A stretch of DNA of 64,000 nucleotides from Candidatus Lustribacter sp. GTDB taxonomy: Bacteria; Vulcanimicrobiota; Vulcanimicrobiia; Vulcanimicrobiales; Vulcanimicrobiaceae. Under the pieces are notes generated by a model. That model saw nothing but the letters and a program-made list of their open reading frames with translations, did not search any database and was not told the DNA's origin. The position numbers and the translations under genes are program-made. Numbering within the stretch: the stretch's first letter is position 1; each line of letters opens with the position of its first letter. Of the stretch, positions 8,221 to 17,709 are shown one piece after another. The stretch lies in the NCBI GenBank assembly GCA_965277805.1, contig OZ255842.1, forward strand, positions 5,469,282 to 5,533,281, given 5' to 3'.

Positions 8221-10569
8221 GTGGGCATCGGTCGCCGGATGGCCTACACGGCCCTCGGCATGTTCGTACCGCTCGTTTTGGCTATTCTCGTGTACATCGG
8301 CTACGTCTGGATCGGCATCGCGAACGGCACCGCGCGTACGACCGGCACCATCGCCGGCCTCGGACTGCGTGCGCCGGTAACGGTGATTCGCGATGCCCGC
8401 GGAGTTCCGCACATTCGCGCCGCATCGGTGCACGACGCCGCGTTCGCGCAAGGTTACGTTACCGGCGCCGACCGGCTTTTTCAGATCGACATCACGCGAC
8501 GCTTCGTGCTCGGCACGCTCTCCGAGATGCTGGGCTCGGTAACGATGCAAGCCGATCAAGACGCGCGCATCATCGACCTCAAGGGCATCGTTGACAACGA
8601 ATACGCGCATCTCTCGGCCGTCGACCGCGACACGCTGCAAGCGTATGCCGACGGCGTCAACGCCGCCGCGGCACACGAATCGCTGCCCCCGGAATACCGG
8701 ATGCTGCTCTTTCACTTTACGACGTGGAAGCCCCAGGATTCGCTCGCCGTCGGTTTTGCGATCGTCCTCGATCTCAACGATTCGTGGTACGACGTGATGG
8801 CGCGCGATGCGGTCGAACGCGAAGTGGGCCCGCGCGCGGTCGCGGCATTTTTCTCGCTGACGGATCCGGCCTACGACGTCCCGACCGCCGGCGTACGTCC
8901 GGTTTCGTTACCGCCGCTGCCGGAACTCGACGGCGCGAACAAGCCGGCGGCCGTCACGTGGAATGGCGAGAACGTGCACGACGTGCTGGGCAGCAACGAG
9001 TGGGTCGCCGGCGCGCAGCGCACCGCAACGGGGCGCGCGCTGTTGGCCAACGACCCGCATTTGGTACGCCGCATCCCGGGCATCTGGCATCTCGTCGACA
9101 TCAACGCTCCGGGCGAACACGTTGCCGGCGCGGCGATCGCGGGCGTTCCCGGCGTGATCCTCGGCCACAACGAGCACCTTGCGTGGGGTTCAACGAATGC
9201 GGACGTCGTCAGCGCGCGCGTGTTCAACGAGACGTTCGCGCATAACGAGGGCCTGAAATATCGCACCGGTGCGCAGTGGTCCGATGCGGTGATGCGTCAC
9301 GAATCGTTCAACGACCGATTCGGCAGTGCGCGCAAACACGACTACCTCACGACGCGCCACGGCTTCGTGCTCGAAGACAGCGGCTTCGTTCGCCACGCCG
9401 TGCAGTGGAACGAAGTCTCCGGCGCGCAGTCGCCCGTCGCCGCGTTTCTGGCCCTCGACCGCGCCGGCACGATCGAAGCCGGCATGCGCGCCTTAGCGCA
9501 GTATCCGGGCCCGACGCAGAACTTCACGCTCGCGCAAACCGACGGCCGGGCCGCGTTCAGCATGGCCGGTGCGATTCCCAATGATCCCGCCTGGGGACTC
9601 GCAGTGGCTAACGGTGCCCGGACGCCGGCGGTGCCGCTCGCGTTCGTACCGTTCGCGCAATTGCCGCACATCGCACCCGCGCGCGCTGCGCTGGCCGTGA
9701 ATTCCAATAACCTCGCCTACGGAGCCGGCTACCCTTTCCGTCTGGGCCCGTACTTCAGCGCACCCTATCGCGCGGCCGAGGTCGAGCGACGCCTGCACGC
9801 TCTGCCGAAGCTCGACGTGGAGGCGTCGCGCGGGATACAAGCGGACACGACGTCGCTCGCCGAGGCCGAGTTGGCGCGCATGTGCGTGACGGCACTGAAG
9901 AAGAGCGGCGCCGATCGCGATCCCGGCATCGCGCCGTCCTATGCCGCGCTCAACGTGTTCGTCACGTCGGAGAACGGGAACGTCGCGCCGGCTTCGAAAG
10001 GCGCGACCGTCATCCAGCGCGTGCGCTTCGTCGCGACGCGCGACCTGATCGCCGCGCACATGAGCGCAGCGACCGCCAACAATTACCTGCGCGATGGTCC
10101 GGCGTTCGTCACGCTGATGCGCGCGCTGCGCGAACATCCGCGCGGCTGGTTCCCGCACAACGATCCCGCGGCGTTTCTCGTGAACGCGGTGCGCGAGACG
10201 GTCCCGCTCTTCGGCGGCCGTGATGCCGTCGCAACGCCGTACGGCACGGCCTATGCGGTCGTTGCGCAGCATCCGTTTGCCGTGTTCAACTGGCACTTCT
10301 GGGATGCGCCGTCATTCCCGGGCAGCGGCGGCAGCTACGCGCCCGCCGTGCAAGCCATCGCGCTCGGCCAAAGCTTCCGCGCGGTGTGGGACGTGGGCAA
10401 CTGGGACGCCGGCGGCATCGATCTCCCGCTCGGCGAATCCGGCGAACCCGGCTCGCCCCACTACACCGACGCCGCGCCCGCCTGGCTACGCCACGACCTA
10501 ACCCCACTACCCTACACCGACGCCGCCGTAACCCGCGCCGGCGTCGCCACCCTAACCCTAACGCCGTAA
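8221..10569 (+). CDS. Penicillin acylase family (Ntn hydrolase) protein
   Basis: RDARGVPHI, GSNEW with N-terminal Ser nucleophile, LLANDPHL, GESGEPGSPHY. Confidence 0.92.
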   Translation: MGIGRRMAYTALGMFVPLVLAILVYIGYVWIGIANGTARTTGTIAGLGLRAPVTVIRDARGVPHIRAASVHDAAFAQGYVTGADRLFQIDITRRFVLGTLSEMLGSVTMQADQDARIIDLKGIVDNEYAHLSAVDRDTLQAYADGVNAAAAHESLPPEYRMLLFHFTTWKPQDSLAVGFAIVLDLNDSWYDVMARDAVEREVGPRAVAAFFSLTDPAYDVPTAGVRPVSLPPLPELDGANKPAAVTWNGENVHDVLGSNEWVAGAQRTATGRALLANDPHLVRRIPGIWHLVDINAPGEHVAGAAIAGVPGVILGHNEHLAWGSTNADVVSARVFNETFAHNEGLKYRTGAQWSDAVMRHESFNDRFGSARKHDYLTTRHGFVLEDSGFVRHAVQWNEVSGAQSPVAAFLALDRAGTIEAGMRALAQYPGPTQNFTLAQTDGRAAFSMAGAIPNDPAWGLAVANGARTPAVPLAFVPFAQLPHIAPARAALAVNSNNLAYGAGYPFRLGPYFSAPYRAAEVERRLHALPKLDVEASRGIQADTTSLAEAELARMCVTALKKSGADRDPGIAPSYAALNVFVTSENGNVAPASKGATVIQRVRFVATRDLIAAHMSAATANNYLRDGPAFVTLMRALREHPRGWFPHNDPAAFLVNAVRETVPLFGGRDAVATPYGTAYAVVAQHPFAVFNWHFWDAPSFPGSGGSYAPAVQAIALGQSFRAVWDVGNWDAGGIDLPLGESGEPGSPHYTDAAPAWLRHDLTPLPYTDAAVTRAGVATLTLTP

Positions 10570-10578
10570 CGACTGGTG

Positions 10579-11307
10579 CTAGGGCTTTTTCAATCCGGCT
10601 CGGGTTAGCCAGTATTCCCAGCCGCGTTGGAAGGCGGGGAGTTCGGGGTGGACGGGGCCGGCTAGTTCGACTTCGCCCGGTGAGGATATCTTGACGCTGC
10701 CGCCGAGCAGTTTTGCCGTGGTGAGAATGCGCGCGTTCTTCGGCAGATAGATCGCCGTGCTGACCGCGTCTTGGAGGTGGTTGCCCGCGACGGCGAAGCC
10801 GTGGCCGCGCATGAGGGCGACTTTGTCGCGGCCGAGAGCTGCGGCGAGGTCGGTGCCTTGCGCGACGTTGGTCACGAGCATGTTCGTATCGCCGAACTTA
10901 TCGCGAATATCCCACACGGGCACGTGGTTGCCGATACACGCCGCCTGGTGCCAGACCGGCTGCAGCGCGACCGAACTGATCGAATATGGGATCACGTCTT
11001 CCTGGTGCGAGTGCACGACCGAGATGACGTCGGGCCGCGCTTTGTAGATCGAGCCGTGGATGAAGCGTTCGAGATAGGGCGGCCGCTTGTCGTCGCCGAC
11101 GACTTCGCCGTCGAGCGTGAACTCCATGATGTCCTCGACGCTCACGAGTTCGGGGCTGCGCGAGCGCGAGAGCAAGTAGTGCGCCGGATTGTCGGGATGC
11201 CGCATGCTGACGTGGCCGTAGCCGTCGAGCACGCCTTCGCGCGCGAGGATGTGGTTGGCGGACATGACGTCCCATTTCGCTTGCGCGATCGTGTCGGTTG
11301 CAGTCAC
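10579..11307 (-). CDS. Class II aldolase/adducin family protein
   Basis: GHVSMR, ERFIH..IY..RPDV..VVHSH and LMRGHG motifs. Confidence 0.9.
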   Translation of the reverse strand: MTATDTIAQAKWDVMSANHILAREGVLDGYGHVSMRHPDNPAHYLLSRSRSPELVSVEDIMEFTLDGEVVGDDKRPPYLERFIHGSIYKARPDVISVVHSHQEDVIPYSISSVALQPVWHQAACIGNHVPVWDIRDKFGDTNMLVTNVAQGTDLAAALGRDKVALMRGHGFAVAGNHLQDAVSTAIYLPKNARILTTAKLLGGSVKISSPGEVELAGPVHPELPAFQRGWEYWLTRAGLKKP

Positions 11308-11314
11308 TGAACGG

Positions 11315-12430
11315 TTAACCCCAGACTTTTTTGGCGACGTCGTGAACGAGTTTCATCTTGGCCCATTGCTCGTTTTCGGCGATGACGTTGCCTGACGACA
11401 TCGACGCGAAGCCGCACTGCGGGCTGAGCGCGAGCTGATCGAGCGGCAGATACTTGGTCGCCGCGTCGATCCGCTTCGCGAGCGAGTCCGCGTTTTCGAG
11501 CGTGCCGAGTTTCGTCGTGACCAATCCGAGCACGACGATCTTGCCCTTGGGCACGAAACGCAGCGGCTCGAACGAGCCCGAGCGCTCGTCGTCGTATTCG
11601 AGCAAAAAGCGGTCGACGTCGAGCTGGGTGAACACTTTCTCGGCGATGTTGTCGTAGCCGCCTTGCGCGTACCAGTTGCTCTTGTTGTTGCCGCGGCAAA
11701 GGTGGATCGCCAGAATCACGCCCGGCTTGCGGGCTTTGCGGAAACCCAGGTTGTCGGAGGCGATCGCCTCGTCGAGCAATCCGTCGAGGTCGTCGCTGTA
11801 CTCGGTGCGCAAGAACGTGCGCCACTTCTCATCGAGATAGTAGCTGTAGCGCGGCGCATCGATCTGGATGTACGCGACGCCTTCGTTGGCCAGCGCTTCC
11901 ATTTCGCCGGCGATGATCGCGGCGACGTCGGCCAAGAACGGCTTGTAGGTGGGATACGCTTTTTCGCTCGCACCTTTGCGATATGCGATCGCCGGGAACT
12001 GGTTGGCGCTGGGCAGCGTCATCTTGACCGCGCCGGGCGCATTCTTCAACAGAAACGTCGACTCGTATTCGGTCAGGCGCCGCTTCTGCGTGATCTTCGC
12101 CGTCACGACGTCGAGCAGCGGCTGCGTCTTGCCGGTATTTTTCGTTGCCGCGTTCGTCCACGTGCGCGCATCGGCGTCGCTGCTCGAGAACCCGTCAACG
12201 GCCTCTACGAGGTCCGACATGAAGCCTTCGCGGCGCAGTTCGCCGTCGGTGAAGATCTCGAAACCGAGTTCTTTCTGCTTCGCGATGATGCGTAGAATCT
12301 CGCGATCCTCGAGCGCGCGCAACTCGGGCGAGCCCGGCTTTTCTTCGCGCATCCGGAGCAATTCCGGCGGACGCAAGAAGCTGCCGAGGTGATCGGCACG
12401 GAAGGCGTTTTTAGTCAGTGTCGTTGCCAT
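11315..12430 (-). CDS. Cobalamin-independent methionine synthase II family (MetE C-terminal-like) protein
   Basis: RADHLGSFLRP, TDGELRR, HLCRGN, LEYD and LSPQCGFAS zinc-ligand motifs. Confidence 0.92.
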   Translation of the reverse strand: MATTLTKNAFRADHLGSFLRPPELLRMREEKPGSPELRALEDREILRIIAKQKELGFEIFTDGELRREGFMSDLVEAVDGFSSSDADARTWTNAATKNTGKTQPLLDVVTAKITQKRRLTEYESTFLLKNAPGAVKMTLPSANQFPAIAYRKGASEKAYPTYKPFLADVAAIIAGEMEALANEGVAYIQIDAPRYSYYLDEKWRTFLRTEYSDDLDGLLDEAIASDNLGFRKARKPGVILAIHLCRGNNKSNWYAQGGYDNIAEKVFTQLDVDRFLLEYDDERSGSFEPLRFVPKGKIVVLGLVTTKLGTLENADSLAKRIDAATKYLPLDQLALSPQCGFASMSSGNVIAENEQWAKMKLVHDVAKKVWG

Positions 12431-12441
12431 GCCCGGGCGTT

Positions 12442-13281
12442 CTAAACCAGGCTCGCGCAGGCCTCGGTGATTTCCGGATGGCGGAAGACGTAGCCGGCTG
12501 CGAGTGCCGCTGCGGGTACGACGCGCTGACCCTCGGTGACGATCGAGGCGCCCTCGCCGAAGAGGAGCTTGATCCCGAACTCGGGTGCCGGAAGGATGGC
12601 CGGCCGGTGGACGGCGGCGGCAAGCGCTCGCGTGAAGTCACGGTTTTTCACCGGATTCGGTGCGGTGGAGTTGAGCGTTCCGCCGTAGCTGTCGATCGCC
12701 AGCAAGTAGATCCCGACGTGATCGTCGAGATGTACCCACGACGTCCATTGCTCGCCGCTCGCGACCGGTCCGCCGAGGCCGGCGCGGAAGAGCGGTAAGA
12801 GCGGGCCCAACGCGCCGCCGTCGCGGCCGAGGACGAGCCCGGTGCGCACGATCGCGACGCGCATGCCGAGCGCACCGGCGCGCGCGGCTTCGTCTTCCCA
12901 CGCAACGCACACGCGCGCGAGAAAGTCGTCACCCGGCGGGCTCGTCTCGGTGAACGTTGCGGTGCGGCTCATGCCGTAGTAACCGATGGCCGATGCGCTG
13001 ACATAGGCGTTCGGCCGCGCATCGACGCGTTCGAGCGCCGACAGGAATGCGTGGGGCAGATCGACGCGCGAACGCGCGATCTCACGCTTGTAGTCATCCG
13101 TCCAGCGTCCGATGACCGGCGCGCCGGCAAGATTCACCACGACGTCGCTGCCGCTCGCCGATTCGGCGGCGCGGGCGGGATCGCGCAACGAAACCGCGCG
13201 CACGTCGTCACCGCGCGCTTGCAGTGCCGCGCCGAGCGCGCGTCCGACGAAGCCGGATGCCCCCAGGATGGTAACCTTCAT
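12442..13281 (-). CDS. TIGR01777/YfcH family NAD-dependent epimerase-like oxidoreductase
   Basis: GASGFVG, NLAG, SASAIGYYG, GLGGPVASGEQW.SWVH. Confidence 0.93.
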   Translation of the reverse strand: MKVTILGASGFVGRALGAALQARGDDVRAVSLRDPARAAESASGSDVVVNLAGAPVIGRWTDDYKREIARSRVDLPHAFLSALERVDARPNAYVSASAIGYYGMSRTATFTETSPPGDDFLARVCVAWEDEAARAGALGMRVAIVRTGLVLGRDGGALGPLLPLFRAGLGGPVASGEQWTSWVHLDDHVGIYLLAIDSYGGTLNSTAPNPVKNRDFTRALAAAVHRPAILPAPEFGIKLLFGEGASIVTEGQRVVPAAALAAGYVFRHPEITEACASLV

Positions 13282-13285
13282 GGCG

Positions 13286-15364
13286 CTAGTGCGCGATCAG
13301 CGCGCCGGCGGCGTCGACGGCGGAGCGAGCGCGGCCGACGGCCAGGTCGACGGCGTTTTGATCGCCTTCGCTGATCGCGCGCGCGACGTCCGGAAACGTG
13401 ATTCCGGTATCTCCGTCGACGCCGTAGCCGATGAGATCGAGCGACCGGGCGGCTTGTAATTCGCGGTCGGATGCATTGCCCGTGGCCACCCGTTTCGTTG
13501 CGGCATCGTGGCGGTTCGCGCTCGCGGCGAAGCGCCGGATCGATGTTTCGAAGCCGTGCACGTCGAGGCTCACGTGACGCGAGCGCGCAGCTAGGGCGAG
13601 CCGGCGCAACGCGGCGTCCATCGGACCGACGTAGGCGTTGAAGTGATACGGCACGACGTCCGCGTCGGCGAGCCGCAACACGGCGACGCCGTAGAGCTGC
13701 GCGGCCGCGCGATGCAGATCGAATTGCGGGTCGCTGATCGTGCGTGCGTACTGCAGCGTGTCGTAGCTCGAATGATACGGCCCGAACGGACCGCTGAACG
13801 TTGCGTTCGCGCTCGGCGTGCCGGCGCCGAACAGGAACGGTGCGCGATCGATGCCGCCGTTGCCGCGGTCGATCGGCGGCAGCGCGCCGCGCGTGCGGAA
13901 CGCATAGCGATCGTAGATCGTGCCGCCGGGACGCGCCGGATCGTCCACCACGTGCGAGGCGTCGGCGATCGTCGGTGCGATCGCGGCCACCGCGTCGGCG
14001 CCGAACGTTCCGCCGGTAATGCTGGGCTCGGTATTCAGGTAGGCGATCGAGGTGTCACGGATCTCGTCGCCGTGGCGCTTCAGATACGCGAGCGAACCGT
14101 ACGAGCCGAGCTCCTCGCCGTCCCATGCGGCGAGCACGATCGTGCGCCCGGGTACCCAGCCGGTATGCGCGAGGTAGCCGAGACCGCGTGCGGTCTCGAG
14201 CAGCGTCACCGTACCGCCGCCGCCCGCGCCGATGCCGTAGACCCACGCGTCGCGCTGCGCGCCGAGCACGAGCTCTTGGCCCGGGATGCTGCCGTGCAGA
14301 ATGCCGACCGTATTCCAAAGCGTCGTGGTCTTGCGGACCATTTCGACGACCATATGAATGAGCGCCGGGCCGCGGGCGAACGGGTAGGTGACGGCCATGC
14401 CGCCGGCCCAGGGGCGGGCTCCGGCGGGGCCCTTCAGCGAGCCGAGCAAGATGCGCGCGTTGGCGGCCGAGACCGGGATGACCGGAATCGTGACGCCTTC
14501 GCCGACGCTGCCGCGCTGCACGGAATTCACCGGCCGCCAGGGACCGTTGGGGCTCGTCATACCGCGCGAGGCACCGTCTTCGAGCGGATCGTCGTAGAGG
14601 ACCGCCCCGGCCGCGCCGTGAGCTTGCGCCCGGCGCACGAGGCCGCCGCGGCTCTCCGAGCCGAGCCGGATCAGGACGATCGCGCCTTTCGGATCGACGT
14701 TGTGCGCGGCGAGAAGGGCGTAGTCGGCCGGCATGCCGTGGGCCACGTACACGAGCGGGGCCCGCACGTCTCCGTCGGCGCTCCCGGCGATGAACGGCAG
14801 GCCGACGGCGGCGTTCCCCGTGTCGGGATCGTTCGGATCGGGCAGCTCCCGCAGGTCGAGGCCGATGGCGGCTACGAAGGGCGGCCGCGGCGTCGGCGAC
14901 ACGCCCGGTGCCGGCGCTTGTGCGGCACCTGCCTTGGCTGCGGCGGCGGCTTGCTTTTCGCGGATGATCCGGCGCCTGGCGATCGAGTAGTAGGCGGGAA
15001 ATTCGGGTTCGGCGCCCCCGGCGCGACTGCCGCTGCCGCCGATTTCGAGGATGAGTTTCTTCGGCACGTCGATGCGCGCCGTCAGGGTCTCCATCGTCGT
15101 GTCGAAGCCGGCTTCTTTCAACTTGTCGCGGACGTAGAGGGCGAGCTTGTAATCGCCGGCGGAACCGGCATAGTGCGGCTGAGCGGCGAGCGCCGCGGCG
15201 GCTTCCAGCGCGCCGGCCGAACTGGGGATATCGAGAAAGCGGTCTTCCAGCGCGAACTCGGCGTCGCTGTTCGCGACCGTATAACCGTAGATCTGCGTGT
15301 GCGGCGGTGCTGCTGCGAGCAATACGCACGCGCAAGCGACACCCAGAACACGGGCAGCTTTCAT
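13286..15364 (-). CDS. Secreted M28 (glutamate carboxypeptidase II/transferrin-receptor-like) protein with PA domain; zinc ligands partly lost
   Basis: Signal peptide, PHYAGS, PA domain (VQRGSV), GAQRDAW, WDGEE, YHSSYD. Confidence 0.88.
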   Translation of the reverse strand: MKAARVLGVACACVLLAAAPPHTQIYGYTVANSDAEFALEDRFLDIPSSAGALEAAAALAAQPHYAGSAGDYKLALYVRDKLKEAGFDTTMETLTARIDVPKKLILEIGGSGSRAGGAEPEFPAYYSIARRRIIREKQAAAAAKAGAAQAPAPGVSPTPRPPFVAAIGLDLRELPDPNDPDTGNAAVGLPFIAGSADGDVRAPLVYVAHGMPADYALLAAHNVDPKGAIVLIRLGSESRGGLVRRAQAHGAAGAVLYDDPLEDGASRGMTSPNGPWRPVNSVQRGSVGEGVTIPVIPVSAANARILLGSLKGPAGARPWAGGMAVTYPFARGPALIHMVVEMVRKTTTLWNTVGILHGSIPGQELVLGAQRDAWVYGIGAGGGGTVTLLETARGLGYLAHTGWVPGRTIVLAAWDGEELGSYGSLAYLKRHGDEIRDTSIAYLNTEPSITGGTFGADAVAAIAPTIADASHVVDDPARPGGTIYDRYAFRTRGALPPIDRGNGGIDRAPFLFGAGTPSANATFSGPFGPYHSSYDTLQYARTISDPQFDLHRAAAQLYGVAVLRLADADVVPYHFNAYVGPMDAALRRLALAARSRHVSLDVHGFETSIRRFAASANRHDAATKRVATGNASDRELQAARSLDLIGYGVDGDTGITFPDVARAISEGDQNAVDLAVGRARSAVDAAGALIAH

Positions 15365-15407
15365 GCTGTGCGCCGTTGAACGGCGCAGCCCGGTCGTCCT
15401 CTCGGCC

Positions 15408-16496
15408 TCACAGCGCGGCGAGGACGGCGGCGCTCTCTCGATCGAGCCGCTGCTCGTAGACCTTCGGATGGGTGAGGTAGAAGAGGCACATCGCCCGCAG
15501 CACGAATTCGTGCCACTCGCCGTGGGCGAGCGCCCGCAATCGCTCGCTGGTGGTGCGGACTAGCCGCCTGACGCGTTCGACCGCGATGGCGCTCGACGGA
15601 TAACAAGCGACGAAGTTCAATTCGCGATGTTCCCGATCTTCGGCTTGATCGATGAAGTAGTCGAGCAAGATGTGCACCGCCGAAACGTTGGGAAAATACG
15701 CGGCGACCGTCGAGTCGATCGCGCGCGCGTCGATGCGCGGCTGCAGCGCGAGATATATCAGCGCGAACACCGGCAGCGACGAACCGCAAGCGGCGGCGAA
15801 CTCCCACCAGTAGAGCCCGGGGAAGGCTTCGGCGTGCTCGGCATACCAGGCGCTGCAGACGTCTTCGCGTACGGCGGCGTCGCCGTGCTTGAGCGTTTGC
15901 AGCTGCGCGTAGTAGCCGGCGATTTGCGCCAGCGCTTCGCGCACCGCCGCGTAGTGCGGCACGAGCGCGAGCTCGCGGCGCACGTCGTCGACGAGCGAAG
16001 CCAAATAGCCGCCGTCGTCGCCGGCCGGACCGTCGCGATAATACGCTCCGGGCGTGCGGCGATCGTCCAGTGCATCGAGCAATGCGCCGTGCAGCGTGGC
16101 GAACGCGGTTTGCGAAACGCCGGGCAAACGGTCGCAGAGGTTATCGAGGTAGTCGTAGATCGTTTCGAGCGAGGCGACGATGCGAACGTACCGCGTCGCG
16201 TCGGTGCCCGGCAGAAACGTGGCAAGAATGCATCCGCCCTGTACGTGAAAGGCCTTGCCGTCGATCGAGGCCAGCGCCTGTTCGCGCAATTCCGGCGCGG
16301 GAATCGCCGCCGCGCGCTCGCGGATTGCCTCAAGCGCGCGCGATGCGCGCGGCACCACGCGGATCAGAAAACGCGCCATCGATGCGAGGCCGCGCGGGCC
16401 GAGGCGAATCAAGCGCGCGAAGCGATCGGGCGAGTGCAGCACCGTCGTCACGACGACGCGCACGTCGTGCAGCAACGCGTTATATCGCGCCGACAT
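15408..16496 (-). CDS. DUF2600/YtpB-like (tetraprenyl-beta-curcumene synthase family) terpene cyclase
   Basis: IYDYLDNLCDR, LYWWEFAAACGSSL and HILLDYFIDQAED...LNF motifs; start ATG 16496. Confidence 0.82.
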   Translation of the reverse strand: MSARYNALLHDVRVVVTTVLHSPDRFARLIRLGPRGLASMARFLIRVVPRASRALEAIRERAAAIPAPELREQALASIDGKAFHVQGGCILATFLPGTDATRYVRIVASLETIYDYLDNLCDRLPGVSQTAFATLHGALLDALDDRRTPGAYYRDGPAGDDGGYLASLVDDVRRELALVPHYAAVREALAQIAGYYAQLQTLKHGDAAVREDVCSAWYAEHAEAFPGLYWWEFAAACGSSLPVFALIYLALQPRIDARAIDSTVAAYFPNVSAVHILLDYFIDQAEDREHRELNFVACYPSSAIAVERVRRLVRTTSERLRALAHGEWHEFVLRAMCLFYLTHPKVYEQRLDRESAAVLAAL

Positions 16497-17709
16497 ACCG
16501 TCCCGGTGACATGATCCCGGCCGGATCGAACTGCGCTTTGATCGCGCGCATGGTAGCGATGGTGCTGGGCTCGGAGCCCCAAGCGTCGATCGCCCCGCGC
16601 AAGCGTTCGCCGCCGGCGAGCACCGTGGCGCGTTCGAATGCGGCGCGCACGCCCGCATCGAGCGCGGCGAGGTTTGCGGCGAACGTGGCGATCGTGCGCG
16701 CCGAGAAACGCAGGATCGCATCGCCCGTGCGCAAGTCGGCGATGCTCTCGGCGTGCAGGCCGTTTCGTCGCGCGAGGCTTTCGCTCGTGCGCGTGCGGGC
16801 CCAGGCCGTCGACGGCAAACCGGTCGTGCGATAGGTGAGCATCCGTTCGCCGGGCGCCTCGATGTATGCGTCGATGACCTCGCCGAAGAGCGCTTCGGCC
16901 TCGGCGCCGTCGTGGAGCAGCGTTTCGGCGATGCCCGCGCGGCCGAGCGCCGAGCGTGCGTCGCGCGTGCCGCGCTCGACGACCGCTTCCGTCCCTTCAA
17001 ACAGCAGTACCAGTCGCAAGCCCGCGCCGGGATAGCGTGCGATGCGCGAGTAGCCGTCGATGACGAGCGCGGCGGTGGGTTCGATCGCGAGGCCGCCGAT
17101 TGCGGCCAGCGAGCGTTCGCGCAAGTCGGGCGCCAGCGCGGCGATCGCGAGGCGGCGCACCGGCGGTCGCGGCAGCGTTTTGAAGTTGCCACGGACGATC
17201 ACGCCCAACGTGCCGAGCGAGCCGATGTAGAGCTTGCTCATGTCGTAGCCGGTGACGTTCTTGACCACCATGCCGCCGGCCCGCGCGAGCGTGCCGTCGG
17301 TGAGCGCGATCGTCGAGCCGATGACGAGATCGCGCGCGCGGCCGTACGCGGCCCGGCGCGGTCCGGCCCAACCGGAAGCTAAGGTGCCCCCGGCCGTGGC
17401 GCGCGCGGGCAAGGGTGCATCGAACGGGATCCACTGTCCGTGCTCGGCCAACACGCGCGCGATCTCCGCCAGCGTTGTGCCGGCTTCGATTCCGGCGGTC
17501 ATATCACGCGGATCGTAGTCGCGAATGCCGCGCAGCGCGCTCGTGTGCAACGCGACGTCGCAGGTGCGCGGCGCGTTGCCGAGCGTCTGCAGCGTCGCAC
17601 CGCCGACGGTAACGACGGCCGCGCGATCGCGCGCACAGGCCGCGAGCGCAGCCGCGGTGTCGGCCGCGTTCGCCGGCGTGATGATGCGGGGCGCGACGTG
17701 GACCGTCAT
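16480..17709 (-). CDS. glcE: FAD-binding oxidoreductase, glycolate oxidase GlcE-like (copy 1)
   Basis: GGMVVKNVTGYDMSKLYIGSLGTLG, K..FDPAG...PGR; ATGA overlap with upstream glcD. Confidence 0.85.
   Translation of the reverse strand: MTVHVAPRIITPANAADTAAALAACARDRAAVVTVGGATLQTLGNAPRTCDVALHTSALRGIRDYDPRDMTAGIEAGTTLAEIARVLAEHGQWIPFDAPLPARATAGGTLASGWAGPRRAAYGRARDLVIGSTIALTDGTLARAGGMVVKNVTGYDMSKLYIGSLGTLGVIVRGNFKTLPRPPVRRLAIAALAPDLRERSLAAIGGLAIEPTAALVIDGYSRIARYPGAGLRLVLLFEGTEAVVERGTRDARSALGRAGIAETLLHDGAEAEALFGEVIDAYIEAPGERMLTYRTTGLPSTAWARTRTSESLARRNGLHAESIADLRTGDAILRFSARTIATFAANLAALDAGVRAAFERATVLAGGERLRGAIDAWGSEPSTIATMRAIKAQFDPAGIMSPGRYVGAI

Noticed and set aside
6285-10561. CCCTAACCCTAA telomere-like (TTAGGG)2 at 6285 and 10550
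   Set aside because: Only two units each and in frame as Leu-Thr-Leu codons; explained by the local C-rich codon bias
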